Shown: in pieces, positions 29,059 to 39,393 of the stretch
How positions within the stretch are numbered: the stretch's first letter is position 1
Layout: each line of letters starts with the position of its first letter
From: Candidatus Eiseniibacteriota bacterium
GTDB taxonomy: Bacteria > Eisenbacteria > RBG-16-71-46
DNA: 64,000 nucleotides
NCBI GenBank assembly: GCA_044451485.1
Contig: JBIOKD010000001.1
Location: forward strand, 1,836-65,835
Direction: 5' to 3'
Made by a program: the position numbers and the translations under genes
The notes under the pieces: model-generated
What the model saw: the letters and a program-made list of their open reading frames with translations, nothing else
Databases searched by the model: none
Told to the model about the DNA's origin: nothing

Positions 29059-30879
29059 ATGGTGACCGCCACCCGTGAGAAGAAGATCACTCACAGCCGG
29101 GAGAGCCGGCAGAAGGCCAAGGCCGAGAATCGCAAGCGTCTCGACGAGATCAAGTCGGTGGCGCTGCGCCAGGGCTACATCACCGAGGACCAGATCGTGT
29201 GGCAGCTCGGGGACGATCTCGAACCCGAGGTGCAGGTCGAGCAGATGGAGGAGATCCACTCCATGCTCAACCAGATGCACATCGAGGTGTTCGCCTCCGA
29301 GGAGGACGCGCACGACCACCTCAAGAAGCTGCGCAAGATCGAGGACAAGAAGCCGTCGGCGGCGGCCAAGAGCGCCCCACAGCAACCGGTGCGTTACGAC
29401 GACCCGGTGCGTATGTACCTGCGCGAGATGGGTCGTGTGCCCCTGCTCACCCGCGAGGGCGAGGTCGAGATCGCGCGTCGTATCGAGGCCGGCGAACGCC
29501 AGGTGTTGTCGGCGCTGTTCCGGGCCGAGCCCTCGCTCAAGGAGATCCGCGCGCTCGGCAAGCGGCTCAAGGACGGCCAGCTCAAGATCGAGGACTTCAT
29601 CAAGGTGGACGAGAACGCCGCCACCGAGCAGGCGCTCAAGAAGGAGCGTCTGCGCGCGGTGAAGATCCTGGAGCGCATCTTCGTGCTGCAGAAGCGCTAC
29701 AACGACCTGCTCGAGCGCCAGAGCGCCCGCATGACCGACCGGCAGCGGTCGAGTCTGCAGGCGAACTGGGCCAAGGTCGAGGCCGAGCTCACCCAGGAGA
29801 TGCACAAGCTGTCGATGAACCCGAAGATGGTGGCCGAGCTGGCCGAGCCGGTGAAGGGGCTGGCGCAGCGCGCCGTGGAGTTCGACGATCTGCTCTCGGA
29901 CCTCGAGAAGCGCTACGGGCACAGCGTCGAGGAGATGAACGAGTTCGCGCGGCGTCTCAAGAAGGGTCCGAAGGAGCTGCGCTCGGTGCGCCGCGACTCG
30001 GGGCTCCAGCCCGCGCAGGTGGCCGAATTCCAGAACGACCTCAAGAATCTCCGCAAGCAGATCAAGTCGCTCGAGGACGAGACCCGGATGTCACGCGACC
30101 ATCTGCTCGAGCTGCATCGCCAGATCCGTGACGGCGAGCGGGCCACCGCGCAGGCCAAGAAGGAGATGATCGAGGCCAACGTGCGTCTGGTCATCTCGAT
30201 CGCCAAGCGCTACACGAACCGTGGTCTCGAGTTCCTCGACCTCATTCAGGAGGGCAACTCGGGTCTGATGCGGGCGGTCGACAAGTTCGACTACACCAAG
30301 GGCTACAAGTTCTCCACCTACGCCACCTGGTGGATCCGCCAGGCCATCACCCGCGCGATCGCGGACCAGGCCCGCACCATCCGCGTGCCGGTGCACATGA
30401 TCGAGCACATCAACCGCGTGGTGCGGGTGTCGCGGCGGCTGGTGCAGGAGCTGGGGCGCGAGCCCACGCCGGAGGAGATCGCCGAGCGGCTCGAGCTCCC
30501 GGTGGACAAGGTGAAGAGCATCATCAAGGCCGCCCAGGAGCCGATTTCGCTCGACCGCCCGATCGGCGAGGACGACGACTCGAATCTCGGGGACTTCATC
30601 GAGGACACCAGCGTCGTGAGCCCGGCGCACTCGGCCGCCTCGGCGATGTTGCGCGACGAGGTCAACGAGGTGCTCAAGACCCTCACCCCGCGTGAGGCCA
30701 AGGTGATCCGTCTGCGCTTCGGTCTCACCGACGACGGCGCCCAGCGCACGCTGGAGGAGGTCGGGGCGTTCTTCAACGTCACCCGCGAGCGCATCCGGCA
30801 GATCGAGGCCAAGGCGTTGCGCAAGCTCCGTCATCCGACCCGTAGCCGCCGTCTGAAGGCCTACACCGAATTGCTGTGA
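29059..30879 (+). CDS. rpoD: RNA polymerase sigma factor RpoD (sigma-70)
   Basis: Regions 1.2-4.2, including [42 protein letters not shown] and [15 protein letters not shown]. Confidence 0.95.
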   Translation: MVTATREKKITHSRESRQKAKAENRKRLDEIKSVALRQGYITEDQIVWQLGDDLEPEVQVEQMEEIHSMLNQMHIEVFASEEDAHDHLKKLRKIEDKKPSAAAKSAPQQPVRYDDPVRMYLREMGRVPLLTREGEVEIARRIEAGERQVLSALFRAEPSLKEIRALGKRLKDGQLKIEDFIKVDENAATEQALKKERLRAVKILERIFVLQKRYNDLLERQSARMTDRQRSSLQANWAKVEAELTQEMHKLSMNPKMVAELAEPVKGLAQRAVEFDDLLSDLEKRYGHSVEEMNEFARRLKKGPKELRSVRRDSGLQPAQVAEFQNDLKNLRKQIKSLEDETRMSRDHLLELHRQIRDGERATAQAKKEMIEANVRLVISIAKRYTNRGLEFLDLIQEGNSGLMRAVDKFDYTKGYKFSTYATWWIRQAITRAIADQARTIRVPVHMIEHINRVVRVSRRLVQELGREPTPEEIAERLELPVDKVKSIIKAAQEPISLDRPIGEDDDSNLGDFIEDTSVVSPAHSAASAMLRDEVNEVLKTLTPREAKVIRLRFGLTDDGAQRTLEEVGAFFNVTRERIRQIEAKALRKLRHPTRSRRLKAYTELL

Positions 30880-30895
30880 GGTGCCGCGTGGCGGG

Positions 30896-31519
30896 TCAGG
30901 GGCGCGGAGGACAGAGCACGGTGTCACGGGTGGAGGAAACGGTGAGCGTCACGTCGGGCACCGTCACCGTGTCGCCGGCCGCGGCGACCGTGACGGTCAC
31001 CGTGGTGTCGCGATAGCAGTCGCGTGAGAAGGCCAGCCGCCACGCGCCGGGGGCGAGACCGGGGAGCGTCCATCCGCCGTCCGCCGCGGTGATCGTCGCG
31101 GCCTCGGGTGCCCCGGTCCGGACCGCGATCGAGCCGCCCGGGCCGAGACCCTCGAGCGTCGCCCGCCCCCGCGCCACCGCGGCGGGGTGGAGTGGGATCC
31201 ACGCCGCGCCCGTGGGCACGGTGACCGTCTCGATCGCGGCCGCGCGTGGTCCGTGGTCGGTCACCACCCGCCAGTCGCCGGCGGTCAGACCGTCGAAGCG
31301 GAACCGTCCGGCGGCATCGGTGATCGACTCCAGCGGGGTGGTCTGGTCCTCGGGGATCGCCAGCGGCCGCACCCACACCACCGCGCCGTGCGCGACGCTG
31401 CCATCCGGTTCGAGCACGGTGCCGATCATCGTGCCGTGGGGGGCGGTGGTCGGGTTCGTGGCGCATCCGACGAACCCGCCCGCCGCCAGACCGGCGGCCA
31501 CCAGCCACCGGGCGCGCAT
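30896..31519 (-). CDS. lipoprotein with carboxypeptidase-regulatory-like (CarboxypepD_reg) domains
   Basis: Lipoprotein signal MRARWLVAAGLAAGGFVGC (lipobox FVGC); TDAAGRFRFDGL motif. The N-terminal extension out to 31636 was rejected. Confidence 0.6.
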   Translation of the reverse strand: MRARWLVAAGLAAGGFVGCATNPTTAPHGTMIGTVLEPDGSVAHGAVVWVRPLAIPEDQTTPLESITDAAGRFRFDGLTAGDWRVVTDHGPRAAAIETVTVPTGAAWIPLHPAAVARGRATLEGLGPGGSIAVRTGAPEAATITAADGGWTLPGLAPGAWRLAFSRDCYRDTTVTVTVAAAGDTVTVPDVTLTVSSTRDTVLCPPRP

Positions 31520-31526
31520 CACGTCG

Positions 31527-32189
31527 TCAGCGCCGCCGCGCGGCGGCCACGGCGCGCCAATACGCGAGACGCGCCCGCCACGCCGGGGTGGGGGTGTCGG
31601 CGTGCAGACGCAGGGTATCGAGCCGGATCGTGTCACCCGGGAGGGCGGTGACGAAGACTCCCGCCGAGGTCCCGGCGAGCAGGTCGATGGCGACCACCTC
31701 GCGCGGGCCGGGTGCCACCCCGCGCAGATCGAAGAACCCCAGCGTGTCGGTGAAGGTGAACGCGGTCGGCAGGTCGGTCGTCACCAGCACCCCGGACTTG
31801 TCGGTGGTGTCCGGTCTCAGCGCCACGCCACGAAACACGGTGCCCGGACGCAGCCGCAGGTCGAGACCGCTCGACGGTGCCTGGACGGTGTCGGCCACCG
31901 CCAGACTGTCGTCCTCGACCACGCTCACCGTGTAGCCGGTGTTGCGCAGACCGGAGAACCCGAATCTCCCCGCCGTGTCCGACTCGACGGTGGTGATCTC
32001 GAGCTGTCCATCGAACGGCATCAGGGTCTGGGCATCGACCAGCGCGTGCGCATAGAGAGAGCCGTCCAGGTGATGCACGATGCCGGTGATGGTGACGTCC
32101 GGCGCCGGGGCGGTGCTCTTCTTGGAGCAGCCCGCGAGCGTGACGACGGCGGCGGATGTGGTGGCGACGACGATCCAGCGAAGACGCAT
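31527..32189 (-). CDS. lipoprotein with CarboxypepD_reg domain (paralog of the downstream gene)
   Basis: Signal MRLRWIVVATTSAAVVTLAGC (lipobox LAGC); SDTAGRFGFSGL motif. There is a 7-nt gap to the next gene. Confidence 0.6.
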   Translation of the reverse strand: MRLRWIVVATTSAAVVTLAGCSKKSTAPAPDVTITGIVHHLDGSLYAHALVDAQTLMPFDGQLEITTVESDTAGRFGFSGLRNTGYTVSVVEDDSLAVADTVQAPSSGLDLRLRPGTVFRGVALRPDTTDKSGVLVTTDLPTAFTFTDTLGFFDLRGVAPGPREVVAIDLLAGTSAGVFVTALPGDTIRLDTLRLHADTPTPAWRARLAYWRAVAAARRR

Positions 32190-32345
32190 CGGGTTCCCCC
32201 GGGGGAAGGGTCGTGAAGCCCTTTGATTGTCCACCCCCCGCCGGGTCGTCGCAAGCGCGCACCGATGCGTGGACACGCTTGACACCCCGTGGGGCGGGTG
32301 CTAAGAACGCACGGCTTTCGTCGCCGCGGTCCGTTGTCCGTCGCT

Positions 32346-32419
32346 GGGCCCATAGCTCAGCGGTCCAGAGCGGCCGGCTCATAACCGGTAAGACCCTGGT
32401 TCGAATCCAGGTGGGCCCA
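32346..32419 (+). tRNA. tRNA-Met (anticodon CAT); elongator type, could be tRNA-Ile2
   Basis: Acceptor GGGCCCA/TGGGCCC (G1-C72 paired, so not initiator); anticodon loop CTCATAA; T-loop TTCGAAT; no encoded CCA. Confidence 0.85.
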
Positions 32420-32472
32420 CATCACCGGTGACGAGCCCGACCACGCGACGCTCGGCGGTCACGCGGGAGCAC

Positions 32473-32548
32473 GGGCGCATAGCTCAGCTGGCAGAGCACC
32501 TGGATCACAACCAGGGGGTCAGAGGTTCAAGTCCTCTTGCGCCCACCA
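32473..32548 (+). tRNA. tRNA-Val (anticodon CAC)
   Basis: Acceptor GGGCGCA/TGCGCCC; anticodon loop ATCACAA; T-loop TTCAAGT; CCA encoded. Confidence 0.9.
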
Positions 32549-32581
32549 TCCTCCGTCCGCGAGGGACCACCGGCCCGCCTG

Positions 32582-33295
32582 ATGACGCCCGAGCTCGCCA
32601 CACTGTGGACGCTCCACGAACTCGACGAGCGCCTCATCGCCGTCCGTGAAGGGCTGGCGCGGATTCCCGCCGAGCGCCGCGCGCTGGACGCGCGACGGGT
32701 GGCCGAGCGGGGGCGTCTCGAGCGGCACCAGAAGCAGCTCACCGAGCTGCGGCTGCGTCGCAGCCAGCGCGAGAAGGACGCCGCCGCGCTGCAGATCGAG
32801 GAGAGGCGCTTCGCCCAGCAACAGGGCCTGGTCAAGACGAACGCCGAGTTCCAGGCCCTCACCCACGAGATCGAGGGGGCCCGCGCGCGGCGCTCGGACG
32901 TCGAGACCGAGGTGCTGCTCCTGATGGACGAGGAGCAGGGTCTGGAGCGGGCGCGTCCGGGACTCGACCGCGAGCTGGCCGAGGTGGAATCCGAAGTCGC
33001 CGCGAAGCTCGCCACCCTCGACGACGAGGAGCGCGCCGCCCGCGCCGAGGAGACGGAACTCGAAGCCCGTCGCGCCGCGGAGCTGCCGGCGCTGCCGCCC
33101 GCGACACGCGCACGCTACGAGCGGGTGCGGGAGTCCAAGGGCGGACGAGCGGTGGTGGCGATCGCCAAGGGTGCCTGCGGCGGCTGCTTCCGCGGGCTGG
33201 CGCCCCAGGCCCTGCAGGAGTCGCGCAAGCGCGACCGGGTGCTCCATTGCGACGGGTGTGGTCGCATGATGATGCTGCCACCCGACGCCGAGTGA
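32582..33295 (+). CDS. DUF164/COG1579 zinc-ribbon coiled-coil protein
   Basis: Long coiled coil followed by a C-terminal C4 zinc ribbon (CGGCFRGL...HCDGCGRMMM). ATG at 32582. Confidence 0.75.
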   Translation: MTPELATLWTLHELDERLIAVREGLARIPAERRALDARRVAERGRLERHQKQLTELRLRRSQREKDAAALQIEERRFAQQQGLVKTNAEFQALTHEIEGARARRSDVETEVLLLMDEEQGLERARPGLDRELAEVESEVAAKLATLDDEERAARAEETELEARRAAELPALPPATRARYERVRESKGGRAVVAIAKGACGGCFRGLAPQALQESRKRDRVLHCDGCGRMMMLPPDAE

Positions 33296-33332
33296 TCTTG
33301 TGAGCGGGTCCGTCGTCCGGTAGTGTGCAGGG

Positions 33333-33770
33333 ATGCCCGAGACGGCCGGGGGTGCGTGGATCCTGCGTTGTGACGGGGGCTCGCGCGGCAATCCGGGTCC
33401 GGGCGCGGCGGCGTACGTGCTGACCGGGCCGTCCGGCGCCGAGCTCGAGGCGCGGGGGTTGTATCTGGGCCACGTGACCAACAACGTGGCCGAATACCGG
33501 GCCCTGATCGCCGGTCTGGAGGCGGCCGCCCGGCACCACGTCGCCCGTCTCCGGGTGCGGATGGACTCCGAGCTGGTGGTGAGGCAGATGACCGGGGTCT
33601 ACCGGGTGAAGAACGCCGGGCTCAAGACGCTGCACCATGAGGCGCGTGAAGCCGCAGCGCGCATCGCGCATCTCGATTGGGAGGCGGTCCCACGCGACGA
33701 CAACGCGCGTGCCGACCGTCTGGTGAACGACACGTTGGACGACGCCATGGGTTCCGAGTCTCCCAGGTGA
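33333..33770 (+). CDS. rnhA: ribonuclease HI
   Basis: CDGGSRGNPGPGAAAYVL...TNNVAEYRALIAGLE...DDNARADRLVN carries the RNase H fold catalytic D/E/D residues. Confidence 0.8.
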   Translation: MPETAGGAWILRCDGGSRGNPGPGAAAYVLTGPSGAELEARGLYLGHVTNNVAEYRALIAGLEAAARHHVARLRVRMDSELVVRQMTGVYRVKNAGLKTLHHEAREAAARIAHLDWEAVPRDDNARADRLVNDTLDDAMGSESPR

Positions 33771-33772
33771 TC

Positions 33773-34173
<401 letters not shown>

Positions 34174-34237
34174 GTGACCCGGCGGGACACGTCCCGTCGG
34201 GCGCCGGCTCGTTCTCGTCGCGCGTGGAGGGGGGATC

Positions 34238-35950
34238 ATGACGGTGCAGACGGCCGGTCCGGAGTGGGTGCTCCACCCCCGGTACGCGCCGGCGGTGGCG
34301 CTCCCGCTCGCCGAGCAGCTCGGCGCGCCGCCGGCGATCGGTCACGCGCTGGTGCATCGTGGGCTCGTGGACGGCGTGTCGGCGGCGCGCTTCCTGTCAC
34401 CCTCGCTCGACGACCTGCACGAACCGTCCGGTCTGCTCGACGTCGACCGCGCGGTCGCCCGCATCCGCCACGCGCTCGCGAACCACGAGCGGGTGTTCGT
34501 CCAGGGCGACTACGACGTGGACGGCATCACCTCCACGTTCCTGATGGTCTCGGTGCTGCGCGAGCTGGGAGCGGAGGTCGTGCACCGCATTCCGCACCGC
34601 ACACGCGATGGCTATGGTCTGTCGGTGGCGGCGGTGGAGGAGGCGCGGGAGCGCTCGTGCACGCTGATCGTGACCGTGGACTGCGGGATCACCGCGGTCG
34701 AGCCGGTGGCGGCGGCACGCGCCGCGGGGATCGACACCGTGATCACCGATCACCACGAACCCGGACCCCGCATGCCCGATGCGGTGGCGGTGGTGAATCC
34801 GCACCGGTCCGGCGATCGGTACGCGTTCAAGGCCCTGGCCGGGGTCGGAGTCACGTTCAAGGTGGCGCAGGCGTTGTGGCAGGGACGCGGCGGGATCGAA
34901 CGGGTGCTGTCGTATCTCGACGTGGTGGCGCTCGGCACCATCGCCGACGTGGTGCCGCTGGTGGGCGAGAATCGCGTCCTGGCGCATGAAGGGCTGAAGC
35001 ATCTGCAGACCGCCTGTCGCCCGGGTCTGGCGGCGTTGATCGAGAGCGCCGGGCTCACCGGGCGGCGCATCACCGACGGCCACGTGGCGTTCGTGCTGGC
35101 GCCACGCATCAACGCCGCCGGGCGGATGGGTCACGCCGACCAGGCGTTGCGTCTGTTGTTCGCACGCGATCGCGAGGAGGGGGCCAGCCTCGCCGAGAGT
35201 CTCGAGGAGGAGAACACCCGCCGTCGCACCTTCGACGAGGCGGCGGCACGCGAGGCGAGCGAGCGGGTGGTGCACGAGCTCCACTGGCCGGAGTGCGCCG
35301 CGATCGTGCTGTGGTCGGAGCACTGGCATCCCGGGGTGCTCGGGATCGTCGCCTCGCGTCTGGTGGAGCGCTTCCAGCGTCCCACCGTGCTGCTGTCGGT
35401 GGATGGTGACACCGTGCGCGGCTCGGGTCGCAGCGCCGGCGGACTCGATCTGATTCGGGTCCTCGAGGCATGTGACGACCTGCTGGCGTCGCACGGCGGT
35501 CATGCCTTCGCGGCCGGTCTCACCACCACCCGCGACCGGCTGCCGGAGCTGCGCGAGCGGATCGAGCGGCTGGTGCGGGAGCGCTTCGCCCACGCGGCCG
35601 CCGGCCCCCGGCTGGTGCTGGACGGCGACGTGCGTCTGGCGGAGTGCGATCTCGCTCTGGCCGACTGGGTGCAGCGACTGGCGCCGTTCGGTCTCGACAA
35701 CGGCGAGCCGGTCTACCGCGCCCGGGACCTGTGGGTGGATTCGGCGACCCGGGTCGGCGAGGGACGGCATCTGCGGATCGCGGTGCGTGACGCCGGCGGG
35801 TCGGCCGAGGCGATTGGCTTCGGCATGGGGGAGCGGGTCGCCGAGCTGCAGCGCGGACGCCGCGTCGAGCTGGCCTTTGTCCCGACCCGCAACGAGTGGA
35901 TGGGTCAGAGCCGCCTGCAGCTGCGTCTCAAGGGGATGCGGGTGGGGTGA
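34238..35950 (+). CDS. recJ: single-stranded-DNA-specific exonuclease RecJ
   Basis: DHH motifs (VQGDYDVDGITST, ...VTVDCGI..., ITDHHEPG) and DHHA1 domain. Confidence 0.9.
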   Translation: MTVQTAGPEWVLHPRYAPAVALPLAEQLGAPPAIGHALVHRGLVDGVSAARFLSPSLDDLHEPSGLLDVDRAVARIRHALANHERVFVQGDYDVDGITSTFLMVSVLRELGAEVVHRIPHRTRDGYGLSVAAVEEARERSCTLIVTVDCGITAVEPVAAARAAGIDTVITDHHEPGPRMPDAVAVVNPHRSGDRYAFKALAGVGVTFKVAQALWQGRGGIERVLSYLDVVALGTIADVVPLVGENRVLAHEGLKHLQTACRPGLAALIESAGLTGRRITDGHVAFVLAPRINAAGRMGHADQALRLLFARDREEGASLAESLEEENTRRRTFDEAAAREASERVVHELHWPECAAIVLWSEHWHPGVLGIVASRLVERFQRPTVLLSVDGDTVRGSGRSAGGLDLIRVLEACDDLLASHGGHAFAAGLTTTRDRLPELRERIERLVRERFAHAAAGPRLVLDGDVRLAECDLALADWVQRLAPFGLDNGEPVYRARDLWVDSATRVGEGRHLRIAVRDAGGSAEAIGFGMGERVAELQRGRRVELAFVPTRNEWMGQSRLQLRLKGMRVG

Positions 35951-38148
35951 GCGTCCCGATATCGCATCCGGATCTGCGCGCGGCGCTGCTCACCGAGCTC
36001 GAGGAACGCGCGCCGCGCGTCGACCGCGGCCGCGTGGCGGCGGCATTCGATTTCGCCGATGCCGCGCACGCCGGCCAGCGTCGCATGTCGGGCGAGCCGT
36101 TCATCACCCACACCGTCGAGGTGTGCCGGATCCTCGCACAGCTCCTCGAGTCCCGGCTCGACACCACGCTGGCGTGCTCGGCGCTGCTGCACGACGTGGT
36201 GGAGGACACTCCGGTCACCCCCGAGGACGTCGAGAAGCGCTTCGGTCGCGAAGTGTCCGGGCTGGTGGAGGGGGTCACCAAGCTCGCCGGTCTGCACTTC
36301 GACAGCCGGGAGTCGGCCCAGGCCGAGAACTTCCGCAAGATGCTGCTGTCGATGTCGCGGGACCTGCGGGTCATCTTCATCAAGCTCGCCGACCGGCTCC
36401 ACAACATGCGCACCCTCCAGTTCCTGCGCCCGGACAAGGGCCGGCGCATCGCCGAGGAGACCCGCGACATCTACGCGCCGCTCGCCCACCGGCTCGGCAT
36501 CGCGAGCATCAAGCGCGAGCTGGAGGACCTGGCGCTCAAGACCCTCGATCCCGAGGCCTACGCCGAGATCGCGCAGCGGGTCGCCACCCGCCGCGTCGAG
36601 CGCGAGGCGATCCTGGCCCGGGTGCGGGAGCGTCTGATCGAGGCCCTCAAGGCGGCCGGGATCAAGGCCGAGGTCACCGGCCGACCCAAGCACTTCTATT
36701 CGATCTACATGAAGCTGCGCGCCGGACGCGGGTTCGACGACATCTACGACCTGTTCGGATTGCGGATCATCACCCACACCCGCAACGACTGCTACCGCGC
36801 CCTGGGTGTGGCGCACGACGCGTTCCGTCCACTCGCCGAGCGCTTCAAGGACTACATCGCCACCCCGAAGAGCAACATGTACCAGTCCCTCCACACCACC
36901 GTGCTCACCGATTCGGACGAGATGGTGGAGGTACAGATCCGCACCCGCGACATGCACCACACCGCCGAGACCGGGATCGCCGCCCATTACGTCTACAAGC
37001 AGGGCGGCAAGGTGGACGCCGAGCTGGACGCCAAGCTCGGGGGCTTCGTGGCCGCCACCGCGGACTGGCAGGACAACGCCAACGACGACGAGTACATGGA
37101 CTTCCTCCGCACCGCGCTCTACCAGGAGGAGGTGTTCGTGTACACGCCGCGTCGCGAGCTCAAGCGTCTGCCCAAGGGGGCGACCGCGCTCGACTTCGCG
37201 TTCATGATCCATACGGAGGTCGGCCAACGCACGGTCGGGACCCGGGTCAATGGCGAGCTGGTCCCGTTGCGTCACGAGCTCAAGAACGGCGACACCGTGG
37301 AGATCATCACCTCGCCACACGCCCGGCCACGCGAGGACTGGCTGCAGCTGCTGCGCACCGCCGGCGCGCGTGGCAAGGTGCGGCACTGGCTGAGGCAGCA
37401 TCGGCACGCGGACAGCGTGACGCTGGGACGTGAGATGCTGGATCGCGAGCTGCGCCGTCTGCGTCTCGCGTCGGACGCCGGGCAGCTCGAGACCGTGGCC
37501 AAGGCGCTCGGCGTGCCCGACATCGACGAGATGTGCGCGCGTCTCGCGGAGGGACAGCTGTCGCTCACCCAGGTGGTGCGCCGGCTGGAGCCCCCGAAGG
37601 AGACCTTCGCCGAGCGCTTCAGCAAGGGGCCGCTCGAGGCGCTGGGGATCGGCAAGAAGCCGCCGGCCGCCGGCGGGATCCGCATCCAGGGTCTCGACAA
37701 CATCATGGTGAACCTGGCGCGCTGCTGTCAGCCGGTCCCCGGGGATCGTGTCATCGGCGTGGTCACCCAGGGGCGTGGCGTCTCGGTGCACCGGGTCGAC
37801 TGCCCGAACACCTTCGGCAAGCGGGTCGCGGAGGAGCGCAAGGTGGCGGTGGAGTGGGACGCCCGCGGCGGAGAGACCTTCCCGGTCCGGCTGGTGGTGT
37901 ACGGCCAGGATCGCCACGCGCTGCTGGCGGACATCGCCAAGGCGATCTCCACCGCGCAGGTGAACGTGCGCACCGCGGGGATGGCCGCCGAGGACAAGAC
38001 CGCCAAGGGCATGTTCGTGGTCGAGGTGCCGCATCTCGCCAAGCTCGAGGAGGTCATCCAGGCGATCCGGCGCGTCAAAGGCGTCGCGCGTGTCGAGCGC
38101 CGGCACCGGCGGCTGCGCTCCCCGGACGGCGGAGGTCCGACACCGTGA
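35947..38148 (+). CDS. bifunctional (p)ppGpp synthetase/hydrolase RelA/SpoT family
   Basis: HD domain (FITHTVEVCRILAQL...HDVVEDT); synthetase domain; TGS and ACT domains. GTG at 35947 overlaps the recJ stop as GTGA. An alternative ATG lies at 35896. Confidence 0.9.
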   Translation: MSVPISHPDLRAALLTELEERAPRVDRGRVAAAFDFADAAHAGQRRMSGEPFITHTVEVCRILAQLLESRLDTTLACSALLHDVVEDTPVTPEDVEKRFGREVSGLVEGVTKLAGLHFDSRESAQAENFRKMLLSMSRDLRVIFIKLADRLHNMRTLQFLRPDKGRRIAEETRDIYAPLAHRLGIASIKRELEDLALKTLDPEAYAEIAQRVATRRVEREAILARVRERLIEALKAAGIKAEVTGRPKHFYSIYMKLRAGRGFDDIYDLFGLRIITHTRNDCYRALGVAHDAFRPLAERFKDYIATPKSNMYQSLHTTVLTDSDEMVEVQIRTRDMHHTAETGIAAHYVYKQGGKVDAELDAKLGGFVAATADWQDNANDDEYMDFLRTALYQEEVFVYTPRRELKRLPKGATALDFAFMIHTEVGQRTVGTRVNGELVPLRHELKNGDTVEIITSPHARPREDWLQLLRTAGARGKVRHWLRQHRHADSVTLGREMLDRELRRLRLASDAGQLETVAKALGVPDIDEMCARLAEGQLSLTQVVRRLEPPKETFAERFSKGPLEALGIGKKPPAAGGIRIQGLDNIMVNLARCCQPVPGDRVIGVVTQGRGVSVHRVDCPNTFGKRVAEERKVAVEWDARGGETFPVRLVVYGQDRHALLADIAKAISTAQVNVRTAGMAAEDKTAKGMFVVEVPHLAKLEEVIQAIRRVKGVARVERRHRRLRSPDGGGPTP

Positions 38149-38606
38149 GGGCGCTGGTGCAGCGGGTGGAGGAGGCGCGGGTCTCGGTCGACGGCCGGGA
38201 GACCGGTGCGATCGGCGCCGGTCTCCTGGCGCTCGTGGGGGCCACCCACGACGACCGGGTCGAGGACGCCGACTGGCTCGCGCGCAAGATCGCCGGTCTT
38301 CGCGTGTTCGCCGACGCCGAGGGGCACATGAACCGGGACGTGCGTGAGACCGGTGGCGCGGTGCTGGTGGTGCCGCAATTCACGCTGTACGCCGACGCGC
38401 GTCGCGGCCGGCGGCCGGATTTCACCGCCGCGGCCCGGCCCGAGCAGGCCGAGCCCCTGGTGGAGCGGTTGTGCATGACCCTGGCGGCCGACGGGGTGCG
38501 GGTCGAGCGGGGCGTGTTCCGCGCCCACATGCGGGTGACGCTGGTGAACGACGGTCCGGTGACGCTGATGGTGGAGAGCCCGCCACGAACCGGGGAGGAA
38601 TCGTGA
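38145..38606 (+). CDS. dtd: D-aminoacyl-tRNA deacylase
   Basis: Aligns along its length to E. coli Dtd (ALVQRV...GAIGAGLLALVG...SGPMFVDAEG-like...VLVVPQFTLYAD...VNDGPVT). GTGA overlap with relA. Confidence 0.9.
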   Translation: MRALVQRVEEARVSVDGRETGAIGAGLLALVGATHDDRVEDADWLARKIAGLRVFADAEGHMNRDVRETGGAVLVVPQFTLYADARRGRRPDFTAAARPEQAEPLVERLCMTLAADGVRVERGVFRAHMRVTLVNDGPVTLMVESPPRTGEES

Positions 38607-39196
38607 GCCGCGGACACGTGATGCGCTTCTGGTGTGGTGGGACACCGCTGGTGCTGGCATCGGCGTCACCGCGTCGCGTGGCATTGCTGCGTCAGGCCGG
38701 AGCCGTGTTCACGGTCGTGGACCCGGGCCCCGATCGTGTCTGGCCGGGGAGCGCCGAGCCGCGTCACGGGGTGCGCGCGCTGGCGCTGGACAAGGCCCGC
38801 CGGGTGGCGGCGCGACGCCCCGATGCGACCGTGATCGGCGCGGACACCGTGGTGGTGCTGCGCGGGGAGCGGCTCGGCAAGCCCGCCGGCGCCGATGAGG
38901 CTATGGCCATGCTCCGCCGCCTGCACGGCCGGCGTCACGAGGTGTGGACCGGTATCGCGGTGATCCATGCCGGTGAGACCCGCACCGCCTCCGAGGGGGT
39001 CACCGTCCACGTGGCGCGGATGAGCGAGGAAGACCTGGCCGGGTACGTCGCCACCGGTGAGTCGCTGGACAAGGCGGGCGCCTACGGCATCCAGGGCCGC
39101 TTCGGCGTCTTCGTGCGCCGGATCGAGGGTGACTACACGGCCGTGGTGGGTCTGCCGCTGGCGCGGCTCCGGACGTTGCTCTCCGAGTTCGTCTGA
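38603..39196 (+). CDS. maf: Maf-like nucleoside triphosphate pyrophosphatase
   Basis: LVLASASPRRVALL...IGADTVVV...YVATGESLDKAGAYGIQG matches the Maf family. GTGA overlap with dtd. Confidence 0.85.
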   Translation: MSRGHVMRFWCGGTPLVLASASPRRVALLRQAGAVFTVVDPGPDRVWPGSAEPRHGVRALALDKARRVAARRPDATVIGADTVVVLRGERLGKPAGADEAMAMLRRLHGRRHEVWTGIAVIHAGETRTASEGVTVHVARMSEEDLAGYVATGESLDKAGAYGIQGRFGVFVRRIEGDYTAVVGLPLARLRTLLSEFV

Positions 39197-39257
39197 TCGG
39201 TCGCGGGCCGTCCGTCACCGGCCGCGGCCCCGGACCGCCAGCCGCGTAGCGCGCGTC

Positions 39258-39287
39258 TTGACAGTCTTTTCCGGCGCGTGCTAGCTT
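39258..39287 (+). promoter_or_regulatory. candidate rplM-rpsI promoter: TTGACA, 17/18-nt spacer, (C)TAGCTT
   Basis: Perfect -35 TTGACA at 39258-39263. The -10 TAGCTT at 39282-39287 fits a high-GC TAGnnT type. About 100-nt leader before rplM. Confidence 0.4.
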
Positions 39288-39393
39288 CCGTGGCTTCTTA
39301 CGCCTCGACCACAAAGGAGCGGAGTCGTCCCGCCACCCGGCCAAGGGATCCGGACGTCCGCCATGGACGGGTACGACCATTCGGAGGATGAGG

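Noticed and set aside
32346-32419. Initiator tRNA-fMet call.
   Set aside because: Positions 1 and 72 are a G-C pair, and the anticodon stem lacks the three consecutive G-C pairs of bacterial initiators. It is therefore called elongator Met, or possibly Ile2.
39197-39257. Possible rho-independent terminator after maf (GC-rich GGGCCG...CGGCCC).
   Set aside because: The stem is short and imperfect, and no downstream T-tract is present, so support is weak.
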